A stretch of 63,955 bases of DNA, filler included, from Phoronis australis (GCA_002633005.1; 10 parts of 10 records of this genome joined end to end with filler, not necessarily neighbours in it), one strand, 5' to 3'; shown: positions 1-12,399, numbered from the whole stretch's first letter. The notes: generated by a model not told the origin, from the letters alone. Made by a program: numbers and translations.

Positions 1-563
1 CACTGGCGGGGATAACGAGTCAATCCGGCCGGCCACGACGGGTCTGATCGAGCTCCGAGCCACTGGTCAGACTAACAAGCGTTTTGTGTTTAGAACTCAA
101 AAAATCACAAGTCTAAACAACTCATATCTAGGTTCTCTGGTCTGTATCTTACGGAAAATGCTTCGAAATTATCTCCGATTAGACCCCAAACTCCTGCTAC
201 GGAACTTATTGGCCTGCCGAACTTTCTGGGCTACGGTGTGTCCAAATACCAATAAAACCGTCAGAGCAAAATAAAACATCATGTTTTTATAAGAACTGGG
301 TGTATTTTTAAGGGTTTTACATCGAAGTTTGATGATTTATTGGTGCTAAACGATGACCTCAAGCGATAAGATGACACCAGTAACCCGTGTTGTGAACTGC
401 TGAATAGACTGCGTGTGAAACCGATGACGTCGTTGGATAAATTCAACACCTCCTTCTGCCGTCAGGTGTCCGGTTACGCAACCGTACGTGTCGTTTTGGA
501 GTAGAACTACTCGATCTAAACTGATACAAATTAGGTTGTTTTTTGGGTGGCATGCTCCTTTAA
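1..563 (-). mobile_element. Non-autonomous DNA transposon end, TTAA|AG terminus (Kolobok-like), copy 1
   Basis: Minus strand begins TTAAAGGAGCATGCCACCCAAAAAACAACCTAATTTGTATC; closely similar copy at 12400-12645 on another scaffold; TTAA plus purine-purine end fits Kolobok. Confidence 0.65.
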
Positions 564-1044
564 CTGAGCACACGCAACAATCGCATGTTTAGCAAAGGGC
601 ATTGCACCGACAATTATACGCTATAAAAAATAAGATGCATAATTTCCATAAAAAGGATTTTTTTCTCTCGTTTTCTCTCACTTGTAAATCACCGATCTCC
701 AGTTTGAATGCAGGTGTCGTGTGGTCGGGATCATTTGACTTGAGCATTATAGTCAGTTACTAGTGGTAACCTACTTTACCGGTCGAAGCTTAGCGTGATA
801 AAATGTGTAGTAAGCTATAACAGTTGCTATACCTTAATTTATAGATTCACTTTATTTCTTTTTTGTTTTATTTTTCAATTGGTTTTGAGTAAAAGCATTA
901 TTTTACAAAAATACCTCTGCTTTTCTTAAAAGGTCACGAACTCTGACCCCGGGCCTCTGACATAGAAAGTAGTTACAAAGCCGAGGCGAGTCGAGAAGGG
1001 TAGATCGATTCATTGCAATGTTTCTCGTTCACTATATGATATAA

Positions 1045-1190
1045 ATAGATTATTACATGTTCTCATTCGCTATCCTCCTTATAGAGCCCCCGTGGAGTTT
1101 GTAGAATTATCACCCTCGGGCGATAATTTTCCAAAATCCACTCGGGCTCCAGATAACGGGAGATAACGACTTCGCCATGTAATAATCTAT
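1045..1190. mobile_element. Fold-back palindromic MITE-like element
   Basis: Perfect 15-bp terminal inverted repeat ATAGATTATTACATG...CATGTAATAATCTAT with imperfect inner arms (GAGCCC/GGGCTC, AATTATC/GATAATT) pairing to the centre. Confidence 0.75.
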
Positions 1191-2459
1191 ATGTATGTTT
1201 GGTTTTACATACATGTCGATACAAAATACATGCATATGTATTGATACTCAATGAACACGAACAGTGAACATTTGCCCAAAGCTAATCGATGCTATTTACA
1301 ACAACTAGATGATACTATTAGGTATTGCAAAGTAATGTTATAAGATACAGTGTGACTATACACGTGAAAAAAGCTATTGCGATCAGGGATCTTTACATGA
1401 AGTTTTTAAAGACTAACAAATGAACGCATACACATATTTACAGCGGGATGTCCGGTTTTAATTTTCTGGCATGACTGTTGATATAAATATAAATATTTAA
1501 TGGCATCGTCTAGAGAGTACCATAGTTTAGGGCAGACATGTTTGTGGTCGTATTGACTGATGGTACATCAGTGATTGGGGTTCTTCGGAAGTCAGTGTAT
1601 GTGGAGTTTCATCCGGTTCCTGAAGTCGCTCATGTATTTCCTAGCCTGACGATGACTAGTTCATGGAGGTTAGTGAGACTTTACTTCATAAGCAGGGTGA
1701 ATGTTACATGGAACCGCGTTGCTCGGTGTCATTATATTTTGTCACCGTACTTAGTGCTCTGCAACTGATATCAGCATTATCAAAATTTCCCAGTTTTTCA
1801 CTGAGAATTGCTCGCAGGCACAGTTGTAATTTAATCCCATTTTGCTCATATATCCTGGCTTTCCGTTGCGCGTTTGCGGACTTTGACACCGGCCACTGAA
1901 TGCACGGTCACTTCATCATTGCGTAACTTATCTTTCCAATTGTTACCAATCATCTTACATGTATGCTGCGCATGACTGTCTTGTAGTGAGTCCGCGCTTT
2001 TGTTTGGGAATATGCCAGTAATATCCTCGTGTTCCTGTATTGTTCTTAAACCGACCCATCTCAGGCGGCGACTTCAATAACTACATTCTTTCAAACGGTG
2101 ACGAGCCCCAACACAAGAATCGCGGCGAGTCTGTCTAGCTGCTGTGCTGTCTCAAGGTCAATTCAGTGCTTACGCGCTGGGAAGACTTGCTGACTTATTT
2201 GTAAACATTTTTCAAGTTTTAATATTGGGACTTCAAAGACTATTTATTAGATTCTAACTTGAATATTTGTTACGGAAAAGGAGAATGCAATTTACAATTG
2301 TTAAGCTAAAAATAAAAAAAACTATTAACAAAAATAAATGAATTACTTCACATTGCGCAAGCTTGTTTTTACAAAGGTTGCGTCACGTGGTTGAAGGTTT
2401 TCAACACGTCGAGTTTTTCGGCAAACGTGATCGTTCTTTACGGTTCATGCGAGAAAACA

Positions 2460-2598
2460 AATCCTACACTCGTCTCAGATAGATGACATAGGCAAAACCT
2501 CTTAGAAATTTAGTCAAAATCCGTCGGCAAGCCTCGGGATTTTGACGAAATTGCCATTAGGTTTTGCCCATGTAATGAACTGAGACTGGTGTAGGATT
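2460..2598. mobile_element. Fold-back palindromic MITE-like element
   Basis: Arms AATCCTACAC..GTCTCAG..GGCAAAACCT..GTCAAAATCC and GGATTTTGAC..AGGTTTTGCC..CTGAGAC..GTGTAGGATT around a central TCGGCAAGCCTCG. Confidence 0.75.
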
Positions 2599-2624
2599 CT
2601 CTGTCCATGCTTGTACCTTTTCAG

Positions 2625-2876
2625 AACTCGCTGCAGCTATTATTGGCGACCTAGTTCCAAGTCAGACAAAAATTGACGTCAGTTGGACTGCAGCACCTGG
2701 AGACAAAGAGAGCTACAAAGTGTCTTGCGGCAAACATGACTTCAATGCAGATAAGACTGCTACCAACAAACGTTGTACTGGGTTGACTCCTGGAACTGAG
2801 TACGTCGTTACTATAAGAACAGTCAAGGCAGGTTGGGATGACGCAGTTTCAACATCGAGGACAGTCCAGACGACAA
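2625..2876 (+). CDS. Internal exon encoding one fibronectin type III domain
   Basis: ttttcag acceptor and gtgagt donor, 252 nt, phase 1-1; LAAAIIGDLVPSQTKIDVSWTAAPGDKESYKVSC...TGLTPGTEYVVTIRTVK with FN3 hallmarks W, Y and LxPxxxY. Confidence 0.88.
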
Positions 2877-3867
2877 GTGAGTATTGAGTGTTATGTGCTC
2901 CTGTCTATAGGCGCCAAGTGCTCCGCGTGACATTTCGCAAGGCATTGGAAAGGCACTTGTTTTAAGAACTCTACTCAGTTGAATGGAAACATTGAAATTT
3001 CTTTCATTATCTGATTATTCATTCTTCGTAACAAATGACTTCAGCCTCAAAATTTGACCATTTACGGTATCTTAGATTAGGTTTGGCGACCTGTTAAAAA
3101 TCGAAGTCACCACTAAGGTGATATGCACAAAACGGAGCACGTGCTCAAAATAGTACAGGAAGCAATCAGATGGACCTTCGCACAATAGACAAGCAAAGCA
3201 TTGGAGTTCGAGAAATATTGTTTGTGTCAAACGGGCCCTCTAGAAGAAATGCACCACGGAAATAGATTGATCATTTGTCTCGGTGACATTGGTAAAAAGA
3301 AAGCGAAGGCACTTTCTGAGAGACTAAAATTGACGGATGGTGACAGACGGTTCAGCCTGGTTCGCCAGGCCTTTGTAGATGACTGATGTTTCTGGAGGAT
3401 TTCCCACCGTACTCTTTGTAAGGATGTCGCTGTAGAGGGGAGACAATTGAACACCACAGTTCCAATTCAAAAAGTGGCACTAGATCCAGATTTTGATAGA
3501 TTCCTTGAGTTTACTTGCGTGCCAGCTCTGCTCCTTTCCAATGATCTTGACAGAGGTAAGAGAGACAGAATGTCTAGTGGCCAATGCGTCCTAACCTGCG
3601 TAAGGCGGTCTGTCGAGGTTTAGTTTTGTTTAAACCAGGTTGCAAATGATTTGTTTCCCTATTATAAATGTGATTGTCATCAAGTGCAACAATAAAACGT
3701 GACGCATGGTAATGCGACGCCATTGTTGCCATACGGCGTAAAACTTTTATGCAACTGAGCCCTTGTGAATAACACAAGATTGCTTCTACGCGGGAGTTCA
3801 GGCTATACATCTAAGGAGCCATGAACGAAAACTGGTAATGAGATTCATGTACGAAGAGTTTCCATCA

Positions 3868-4215
3868 ATTTTGTATGTACATTGGAGACGTTCAGACATC
3901 CATTTCATGTAGGGGATTTTGACAGAAGGACCAACTGGTTTTTTTTAACACGTTTACGACGATAAAGCTCGTACCGCATCTTCAACTTGCTCAGCCTCTC
4001 TGATATAGTCCTGAAAGTCTGTGACATAACGTTAATCTATATCCAGAAAGGTACTGTAAACAGAATGGTTGTGTAGCAGAGGATGGTCTGTTTGTGTCGG
4101 CTCCTTATAGATCGGGACTCTAAGGGAACCCTTTTCAATAACGTGTATACATCAATCCAAGAGAGGCAAGGTTGTGCGGTATTCCAGCTCCGTAGTCACC
4201 AGCATTGACGAGCGT
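3868..4215 (-). mobile_element. Degenerate Penelope-like retroelement, RT C-terminus/thumb relic
   Basis: Minus translation TTELEYRTTLPLLD*CIHVIEKGSLRVPIYKEPTQTDHPL and SVKIPYMKWMSERL resemble PLE motifs TxExExxxxLPFLD..VYRKPTHTD and LPYxxGxSE; contains an in-frame stop. Confidence 0.7.
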
Positions 4216-4960
4216 TTTGAACTTACTATGGAGCACGTTGTTGACAATGGTTCCATTAATGTCACAAACTACGGGAATGCAGTGTTAAAGTGGCTTGGAC
4301 CGTGAAAAATAGTATAAAATAAGAAAGTAAATGTTACTCATCTTGCATGAAACCTGTATCATATCGTGGCGTACAAGTTTTTTTGAAGGTTTCGTAAATA
4401 TAGTGAGTTTTAGATGAGTTTGGAGTATTTTTCTTTACGTTTGAAAGTTGACCAAAAAGACACGCCTTCGTGCTCGTCAAGTCCGACATTACAGTCCCAA
4501 AATGCATTGCGGTGCCTTATTTGGAAATGGCNNNNNNNNNNNNNNNNNNNNNNNNNNNNNNNNNNNNNNNNNNNNNNNNNNNNNNNNNNNNNNNNNNNNN
4601 NNNNNNNNNNNNNNNNNNNNNNNNNNNNNNNNNNNNNNNNNNNNNNNNNNNNNNNNNNNNNNNNNNNNNNNNNNNNNNNNNNNNNNNNNNNNNNNNNNNN
4701 NNNNNNNNNNNNNNNNNNNNNNNNNNNNNNNNNNNNNNNNNNNNNNNNNNNNNNNNNNNNNNNNNNNNNNNNNNNNNNNNNNNNNNNNNNNNNNNNNNNN
4801 NNNNNNNNNNNNNNNNNNNNNNNNNNNNNNNNNNNNNNNNNNNNNNNNNNNNNNNNNNNNNNNNNNNNNNNNNNNNNNNNNNNNNNNNNNNNNNNNNNNN
4901 NNNNNNNNNNNNNNNNNNNNNNNNNNNNNNNNNNNNNNNNNNNNNNNNNNNNNNNNNNNN

Positions 4961-5058
4961 CCACAACATTCGAGCCACCTGTGCATACAATCGAGCTTTG
5001 CCCATTTCTCCGAGGTGTCATGTTGGGCCCCCCTTGTGGTATCCTAGATCCGCCACTG
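4961..5058 (-). mobile_element. MITE terminus of CAGTGGCGGATC type (hAT-like)
   Basis: Minus strand CAGTGGCGGATCTAGG...GGGGGGCCCAAC; related terminus CAGTGGCAGATTTAGAGGGGGGCCAAC at 52061; other end lost in an N gap. Confidence 0.5.
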
Positions 5059-6929
5059 GCGTATTCACCGTTTAGCAAGAGGCCGAGTAGTGCAAGTGCA
5101 GTTAGCTAAATCCTCAGCTGTTAGTGGTGGAAGAAAATGTAATCTGAATTTCTCTGAAAACCTTCATTGAACTTTCTTGTTTACCAATCAAAAAATCCCC
5201 CAAAACTTCTGGCCCAGGGTTTTCTTGAATTCTGGGGCCAAATGCACCCAGTTGGCCCAAAGTACATGTAGTCAATGCATTTTAGGGTTCAAATGGCCAA
5301 GTGCAATGACTTGACCAACTTAGTAATTATATTAAAATTATGCCTTAGTAATCACACTGTTACTTACAGGAATTCTAACCAATTACAAGGTGCTTCACAG
5401 CGAATTTTTAAATAAAACTTTAAAATTGGGAAGATTAACTTTCTAATGCTAAATTTTGGTATTTTTTTATCTCCTAATATCTCAATAGTTATTAACTCCA
5501 GTCATCTGATAATTTACATTGTCATTACATGGAAAGATGTGATGATAATAAGTCACAGACACACATGTTCCAAGGACTGGTGGTTGTTCACCCAGTAATA
5601 GTTTGCAATATGCATCATAATGAACATTCAGTCACAACAGCATTCAAAAAGTTTTATTTTATCGAGCATCATCATGATCCAAACAATTTTGCTTTTTTTC
5701 AAAGTATGTTACACATTTTCACTGACTATAACTACAAGCACTTAGCAATTTAGGGATTTGCACAAATCTGTGGTTTGCAATGAACTTCTGTTTTATTGAG
5801 CTGACCTCCACTTTTACATCTGACTACAATGAAACATCAATGATGTGTGGACTCATGGAAGGATACAAAGTTACATAATGCACGAAATAAGAGGTCATTC
5901 CACTTGAGCAATATAACTGTGTTTAGAAAATTTCTAATAAAAAGACAGAATCAATCTACACACCTTTGGTTAAATGGAATGATAAATTGCACTTCCAGCA
6001 AATTTGTCCCACTAAAAACATCAGAAATTGCAGCAACATTAATTGAAAATAATTTTATTTCTACTGTCCATGGAGCATCTAATTATCATTACAGAGGAGA
6101 AAATAATAGAACATCTAGGTACTTTCATAGTTCATAACATTATTCATTGGCTACAACATCAGCCGTTNNNNNNNNNNNNNNNNNNNNNNNNNNNNNNNNN
6201 NNNNNNNNNNNNNNNNNNNNNNNNNNNNNNNNNNNNNNNNNNNNNNNNNNNNNNNNNNNNNNNNNNNNNNNNNNNNNNNNNNNNNNNNNNNNNNNNNNNN
6301 NNNNNNNNNNNNNNNNNNNNNNNNNNNNNNNNNNNNNNNNNNNNNNNNNNNNNNNNNNNNNNNNNNNNNNNNNNNNNNNNNNNNNNNNNNNNNNNNNNNN
6401 NNNNNNNNNNNNNNNNNNNNNNNNNNNNNNNNNNNNNNNNNNNNNNNNNNNNNNNNNNNNNNNNNNNNNNNNNNCTAGGTCCAGCTTCAGTGACCCCAGC
6501 TCATCGTGGTCTGCAAGGTTATGCATCTTATCAAGATGACGTACAGGTACTTTATCATGAATAACAAACACATGAAAAAACAACTCAAAAATTCTAGTTC
6601 AGAGAATAATTTATGACTTGTAAATATATAGAATATCCAATATTTAACCTTCTATGTCATTTTACATCTTGAAGAAATAAGGAGCCATTACATTTTACAC
6701 AGATTTTCATGTGGTTATCATTTGTCTAATGATGCAAAATAAGATGTGACATCAACTTTTGAATAAAGTTCCAGTTTTTTCTAGTAGTGAGCTGAGCTTG
6801 TAGCTAAGTGAATTATAAGAATACAAGATGGGATAAATATCTTCTTTCCATAATTAGTGAAAAATCTCCTAATTTTCAGAGAAGGGTAAATGCAACGACC
6901 AAATGAGCAAGTGCGACACCTTTCGGAGA

Positions 6930-8853
6930 AGGAGGTAGAAAGAGAGTGTTGAACCTTTAACAGAAGAAATCCAAACATCACTCATTCTTTGCAAGACACG
7001 CTGATGAGATTTGAAAGGGAAAGGATGGTGTCATAAAAACAATAAATTTGCTATCGTCCACGGCTGAGTGTGCACCAGCTGCATCATGAATTCTGTGGAC
7101 ACCACTGAAACCTGTAGACAACGTGTCATCATAGTCTCCACAGCGGTACATATTGATGCTATCTCCCGCAACTTCCTCCCCACCAAACTCTTCATCTCCA
7201 AATCCAACATCGCTAATATCCACATCATCAAGGATACTTTCTGGACTGCAACAAGAGAAAGCGTGATGATCTTGCCCTTTAGAATTTCAAGAACGACACA
7301 ACACCTAGCTCCCATAACACACTTGAAGAACTACTAAGTAACAGGGTTCGCATTATGTGCACTGGAGAACAGTTAAATACAGTTCGTTCAGAATTCAAAT
7401 GTTTTATACATATTGCGTTTGGTGACGCCTTACGATGCCTTCTTTAGTCACTTCGCAAGACCTAATGGTTAGTACTGTGAAAGGATTTCTGTCCTGTCAG
7501 GGCTTCCAACCTGAGATTCATTGATGTCCATGCACTGAGCTATTATGACCAATCGTCAGTAGAAGATATATTTCAATAAATACATTAACATTGTCAGCAC
7601 TGAACAATAATGATGTATTTTTATTAAAAATTGGATAACTCATAATTTAAATGTGTACACAATGATTATGTTGCACTTACAGTTATTGTCCAGGTCATCG
7701 CATGCTAGGACCTCAGAAACATCAATCAATAGCCTGTAATATAGAGAGTCAAAAATGTTTGAGTGTTTCTCTTTTAAAAAATTGGTCAGTCTGTATTTAT
7801 TGGATTTCACCACATATCGCCTAACCACGATTAAGTTATGATAAAAAAAACAATCCATGTACCGCATGGTCTCTATATTTAGAACTCAGAAAACAGATTT
7901 AGAAAATTCTATTCAGAACACACACTTATGACTTGATGTCACAAATTTCATGGATTGTCTATGCTACTGATAAAAACTCCTAAAAATTCCAACGTTGCCT
8001 TTGAATATAAACTTTTAAATTATACAGCAATCAACTTCAAAAAAGACAAAATGTCTAATTAGGTGCAAAGACATGTATGTGCAAATGCAATCAGTGAATT
8101 CAACTCTGCCCACACTATATTCAAATAAGTTGGGAATACCAATGTGTCACGTTAAAAACACAAATATGACAAGATTAGTTGCAGGATGACCTATAAAACC
8201 ATACCTAATAGGTGGTATTTAGTCAAAAGGGTCACCAAAACTGCTGCCCATCTCCTTTCTGATGTATTTACTTTTAGTTACATCTTTGCAAATCACAAAT
8301 ATATACAGTGCATGTAAACAGAGTATGCAAAATTCAGTCATGCTTAGAAGAGAAACCTGTGCACACCATTCCTGACCATACCAGACATGTAGAAAATCCA
8401 TTTTATTGGAATAAACCATGCAAAATATATACACAAAATATTTCACAATTCAATCATCAGTTAGAACACTAAATAGTTTGTTGTCAAGATAATTCATGAG
8501 CACTGACTAGTTCTCTCAAATTTTAAAGATCAGGGGCCTGTTCCAACAGAACTGACTTAGCTAAGACAATTTTCAACTTTTAGTAAATTTTAAAATAACG
8601 TTAAATTTGTCTCAAAACCAATTCAAGAAAGTGTTTGTCATAAGTTTTGTCTTAACTTAGCAAAATTGGAAGTTTCAAAGTTTGGAAGTTAAAGACAAAT
8701 CTTAGACTTAAGTCAAAAATGATCTTTTCAATTTCTTGGAACAGACTCCAGTATTTGCACATCACCTTTGTAATGAATGGCCTGGATACAAACATCAAGG
8801 CTTCGTCGTCACAGACAGAATCAATTGCATAGATTCCAGAAAGTTCAAGCCCA
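6930..8853 (-). pseudogene. Putative spliced, frameshifted gene relic, possibly the N-terminal part of a Kolobok-type transposase
   Basis: Candidate exons 8853-8766, 7733-7681, 7539-7476 and 7245-~6950 with AG/GT ends (last three phase-compatible); acidic region then SKFIVF, continuing after a frameshift as YDTILSL..SCKE* and VKGSTLS. Confidence 0.4.
8534..8748. mobile_element. PIF/Harbinger-like MITE
   Basis: TIR GGGCCTGTTCCAA / TTGGAACAGACTC flanked by a 3-bp CAG duplication (8531-8533, 8749-8751). Confidence 0.65.
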
Positions 8854-9670
8854 CTGAAAATATACCATTGCCATATAATCACATTTAGGTGATAAAGAAA
8901 GTTACCACGAGTTCAACATTTGTCAGCAACTAATCGAGGGTGCCAGGCAGTCATATGTACAGACTTTGAGTCATAAGCACAAAACACCGCATCATTTGGA
9001 AGAACGCTTCATTTATACACACGAACCACAACATGATGTGTACAAACGGACAGTCATGCACACAAAATAACTGATCAGATATACAAATAACATGTAAGAA
9101 CATAGTTCTTTTACAGATGCATTTCATGTTGCATTTTGCTTAGTGCTAGACTCCTTGGGAAAACGAATGATGACCATCATCACTAGAAAATGTTTACGTA
9201 ATTATGTGATATTACTTCATACCCCTGTTTTTTGTTTTATCTGTTTCTTTCAAGTTGGTTTACATGCATGAATTTTTGTTCATACATTTGACATGGTTTA
9301 TATCTACGATTCAAGTGTTATTATGAATAATGGTTCGTACATATGAATCGAAATTTGCAACTTTGATTGCCTTGTTCTCGTTAAACAGGGATATTTCAAT
9401 TGGTACAGTTTAGAAGCTCATAATTGTGAGAGACATGGTCAAATAAGCCTACGGCTTTTACATTTTCACTCTTGACATCTCAAGGCTTAATGAGTGCAAG
9501 CTCAGTAATATTTCTAACAATGGCAAGCTGGAATGATTTGATTTAAATTAGTAACCCTCACAAAAAACTGACTTGGAGTTTTCAACAAATGCAATTTTCC
9601 ATGTCATGTATTGTCGTAGACACGAATACTAGTAGGTGAAGATGTAGACAATATGCTTTCACTGAAAAAA

Positions 9671-9770
9671 NNNNNNNNNNNNNNNNNNNNNNNNNNNNNN
9701 NNNNNNNNNNNNNNTTAATTAATTAANNNNNNNNNNNNNNNNNNNNNNNNNNNNNNNNNNNNNNNNNNNN
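9671..9770. other. Artificial scaffold linker N44-TTAATTAATTAA-N44
   Basis: Same 100-nt linker recurs at 13317, 15976, 22344, 28993, 36435, 53461, 58443 and 61987; the core has stop codons in all six frames. Confidence 0.97.
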
Positions 9771-10677
9771 GTTCTGAAATTAGTCCGGGGAAGGAGGCCA
9801 AAAACGGCGGTTTAGCTAGTTGTCCCTTCCTGGTTATCTCTTCCTGCTTAGACGTATATGTGTTTCTAAAGGTGTGATTCCACCTTGTAACAGTGTTTTT
9901 GTGAGTGAGCATGTTGTCAGTGCATTGTTGTAGTGTTAACCTTGCAGTTCAGCCACTGCTAACCACATACGGTAAAGCTTTTTCAATTTAGAATAAATTA
10001 TTATTTTATCGTAATTTTCGACAAGAGTAAACAAGAAGACAATATTTCTTGACTATTTGAAAACTTTACATAGGAAGCCTGTCATTTACAAACGCAAAGA
10101 AAGTTTGAATGTTTTTGGTGATGCAGTGAGTGTTTTGAACAGTTAAAAAATGACAAGTTTGGCCAATTATTTTTGTTTGAATTTGAGGAAATTTTGATAA
10201 CTTTGAATTGTGGGAGCGTAACCCAAAAGTCTTGGTTCTTCTAGAAAGCAACCTGGTTTGAACTAGAAAAAATGGAACTTTCATTTGTGTTTTTAAAAAG
10301 GATTGTTTTACCCCATTTTGCATAGGTTGTTATAGAAACTGTCTCAACAGCTATTAACCAAATGTTGGACCCAATTTCATAATATACATCTGTTGCTTGC
10401 CCTTTATGGGTCTTTCCTGAAGATGTCCCATGAGAGACGAAGTACCGGACTATTTTAGTGTATATATTCTCATTATGTGGTTGAATATGAAGCATGTAAT
10501 ATTGACTTTTTGTCACTGCTTCTCTCACTGCCATGAACCTGGCTGACACGTGATCAGTCTGCCGCCAATTAGAGCGTTTATTTGATAAGGCCATTAAAAA
10601 CAAATGCAACGTCACGTTTAACAAGACATCTGTTTTGTGTGACCAGTGTTGAATTGTGTGCATGTGGCCTGTTGCAG

Positions 10678-10899
10678 GTATCCACCAAACGGGCTCAGGG
10701 CTGGTGCCATAACAAAGGTGAAATACCTTACTTTGAGACTAGTGCTAAGGAAGCTATCAATGTGGAGCAGGCGTTCCAAACAGTGGGAAAGAGTGCTCTC
10801 GCACAGGAAACAGAGGTGGAGCTGTATAACGAGTTCCCCGATCAAATCAAACTCACAAACGAACAGAACAAAAACAAAGATGGCGGCTGTGGATGTTAA
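10678..10899 (+). CDS. RAB7: Ras-related protein Rab-7, last coding exon
   Basis: ttgcag acceptor; [34 protein letters not shown]...[16 protein letters not shown]...GGCGC*, with G5 ETSAK motif and CxC prenylation end; AATAAA at 11042. Confidence 0.96.
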   Translation, partial: VSTKRAQGWCHNKGEIPYFETSAKEAINVEQAFQTVGKSALAQETEVELYNEFPDQIKLTNEQNKNKDGGCGC

Positions 10900-12399
10900 T
10901 GGTCACGAGACTGTCTTTAGTGTGGTGATGAGACAATGTGAGGAAGATTTCATCTAGTGAGAGTCGGCGGTGGGTTGCGACATGTGATTATGTGGTAATC
11001 TCCACCAATCAAGCGCTGCCGTGTTCACTTTGTGTCATGGTAATAAATGTTATTTATCTGTGAACAGATGACTGACCGAGGTGACAAGGTTGTTTGTGTA
11101 GAATTCTGCCTCAAGCGATGCTGCGTTGTTAAATTTACAGCGACATTGATCAATCATGCAGTTGAATTATAATAAATTATTGTAAAACATGTATATTTGA
11201 GCTGAAATTTTTGAAGATAAATTGGAAACCCGTGAAAATCTTGATTGTATAACAGTTGTCAAGAAAAGGTCAAAGCATGATTTCTTACTTCACTTAATAT
11301 GTCCATGTACATAATAGCATCATTTCGTCGATGTTCGTCACGTCAACTTACATGAAGAGTATTTTGTATTGTTTCATCCCAGGTAGAATAGTTTTGTTCA
11401 GGTGACACTCTTAAATTGTCTAGGATGCATCAGTTGATCATGTTTTGCCCACACTTTGTGTCCATGTTTATCATTGGAGGTTAGGCTGGATGCAAACTGG
11501 GGTGTACTCTGGTTGTAGTTGTCCTATATTGTCAGCACTTGTTCGGCTCTTTGAGTCAGATTAACTTTGTATGTGAACCTGTGGATTATCAGTTTTCTTC
11601 GCTATGCTCTGGCACCTCCCATTTTGTGAATAACTGGACACTACACACGGCTCTAGATTCCCACAATGCGTTTTTTTTTTTTCGAGTTCTTATCGAAGTT
11701 TAATGATTTGCTTTGCACCAGACAGCCTAGTCGACTGTAGTAGTGCCGACGTGCTTATGCGACTATACTTACTGACTGCGCTATGGTTTTAATAAGCTGT
11801 AGCAATGCACCCTGAAAACTTTTTGTCCATTAGTGTATTGGCCAATGGGGTTGTAAATAGTAGGTTGTTGAGAGGTGATTGTTGTCGTGGTAACCACATT
11901 CTCTGGTCAGTCATAATATTAAATAGTGTAATTTTGTAATTATTCTGTGTACATAATACCTGGTTCTTGATAAATATAGCACTAGCATGAAAAATTATGT
12001 GTGATTTTGACTTTTATTTGATGGCATGGATTGTAAAACTGTCCTGCAAAAGCTGTGCTTTCTGTCGAAAAGTTTTGATTTAGATCACTTCCTTGGGAAG
12101 TTTGTCTAGTAATGAATTGTTCCTCAGTCAAAATACGGTAAGCGTGGTTTCAGGGTTTGGATAGACCTGAAGATGATTAGGTCTTAAGGCTCAGCTCATT
12201 AAATTTCATGAGTTTGGTCTGTAGAAATAACCGGTTTTGAGTTCTCCCGGAGGTCAGAGGTCACACTCATTTTGACAATGGATCAATTGGACCATTTTCA
12301 TAACTATAAGTGACTTCAGAATCTATAAAAACTTGTTTCACTGAGTTACTGTATGACCAATTTTATAACAGCAAATGGTCTAAAACAGAAAGCTTGGGT

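Noticed and set aside
1500-2070. Possible non-LTR retrotransposon relic on the minus strand (GLRTIQEH, HVCPKL)
   Set aside because: Motifs too short and broken to support a call
4410-6583. Long ORFs of 130-231 aa in the supplied track
   Set aside because: They only run through N gaps (X residues)
9715-9726. TTAATTAATTAA as a biological motif
   Set aside because: Always centred in 44+44 Ns; it is an assembly linker
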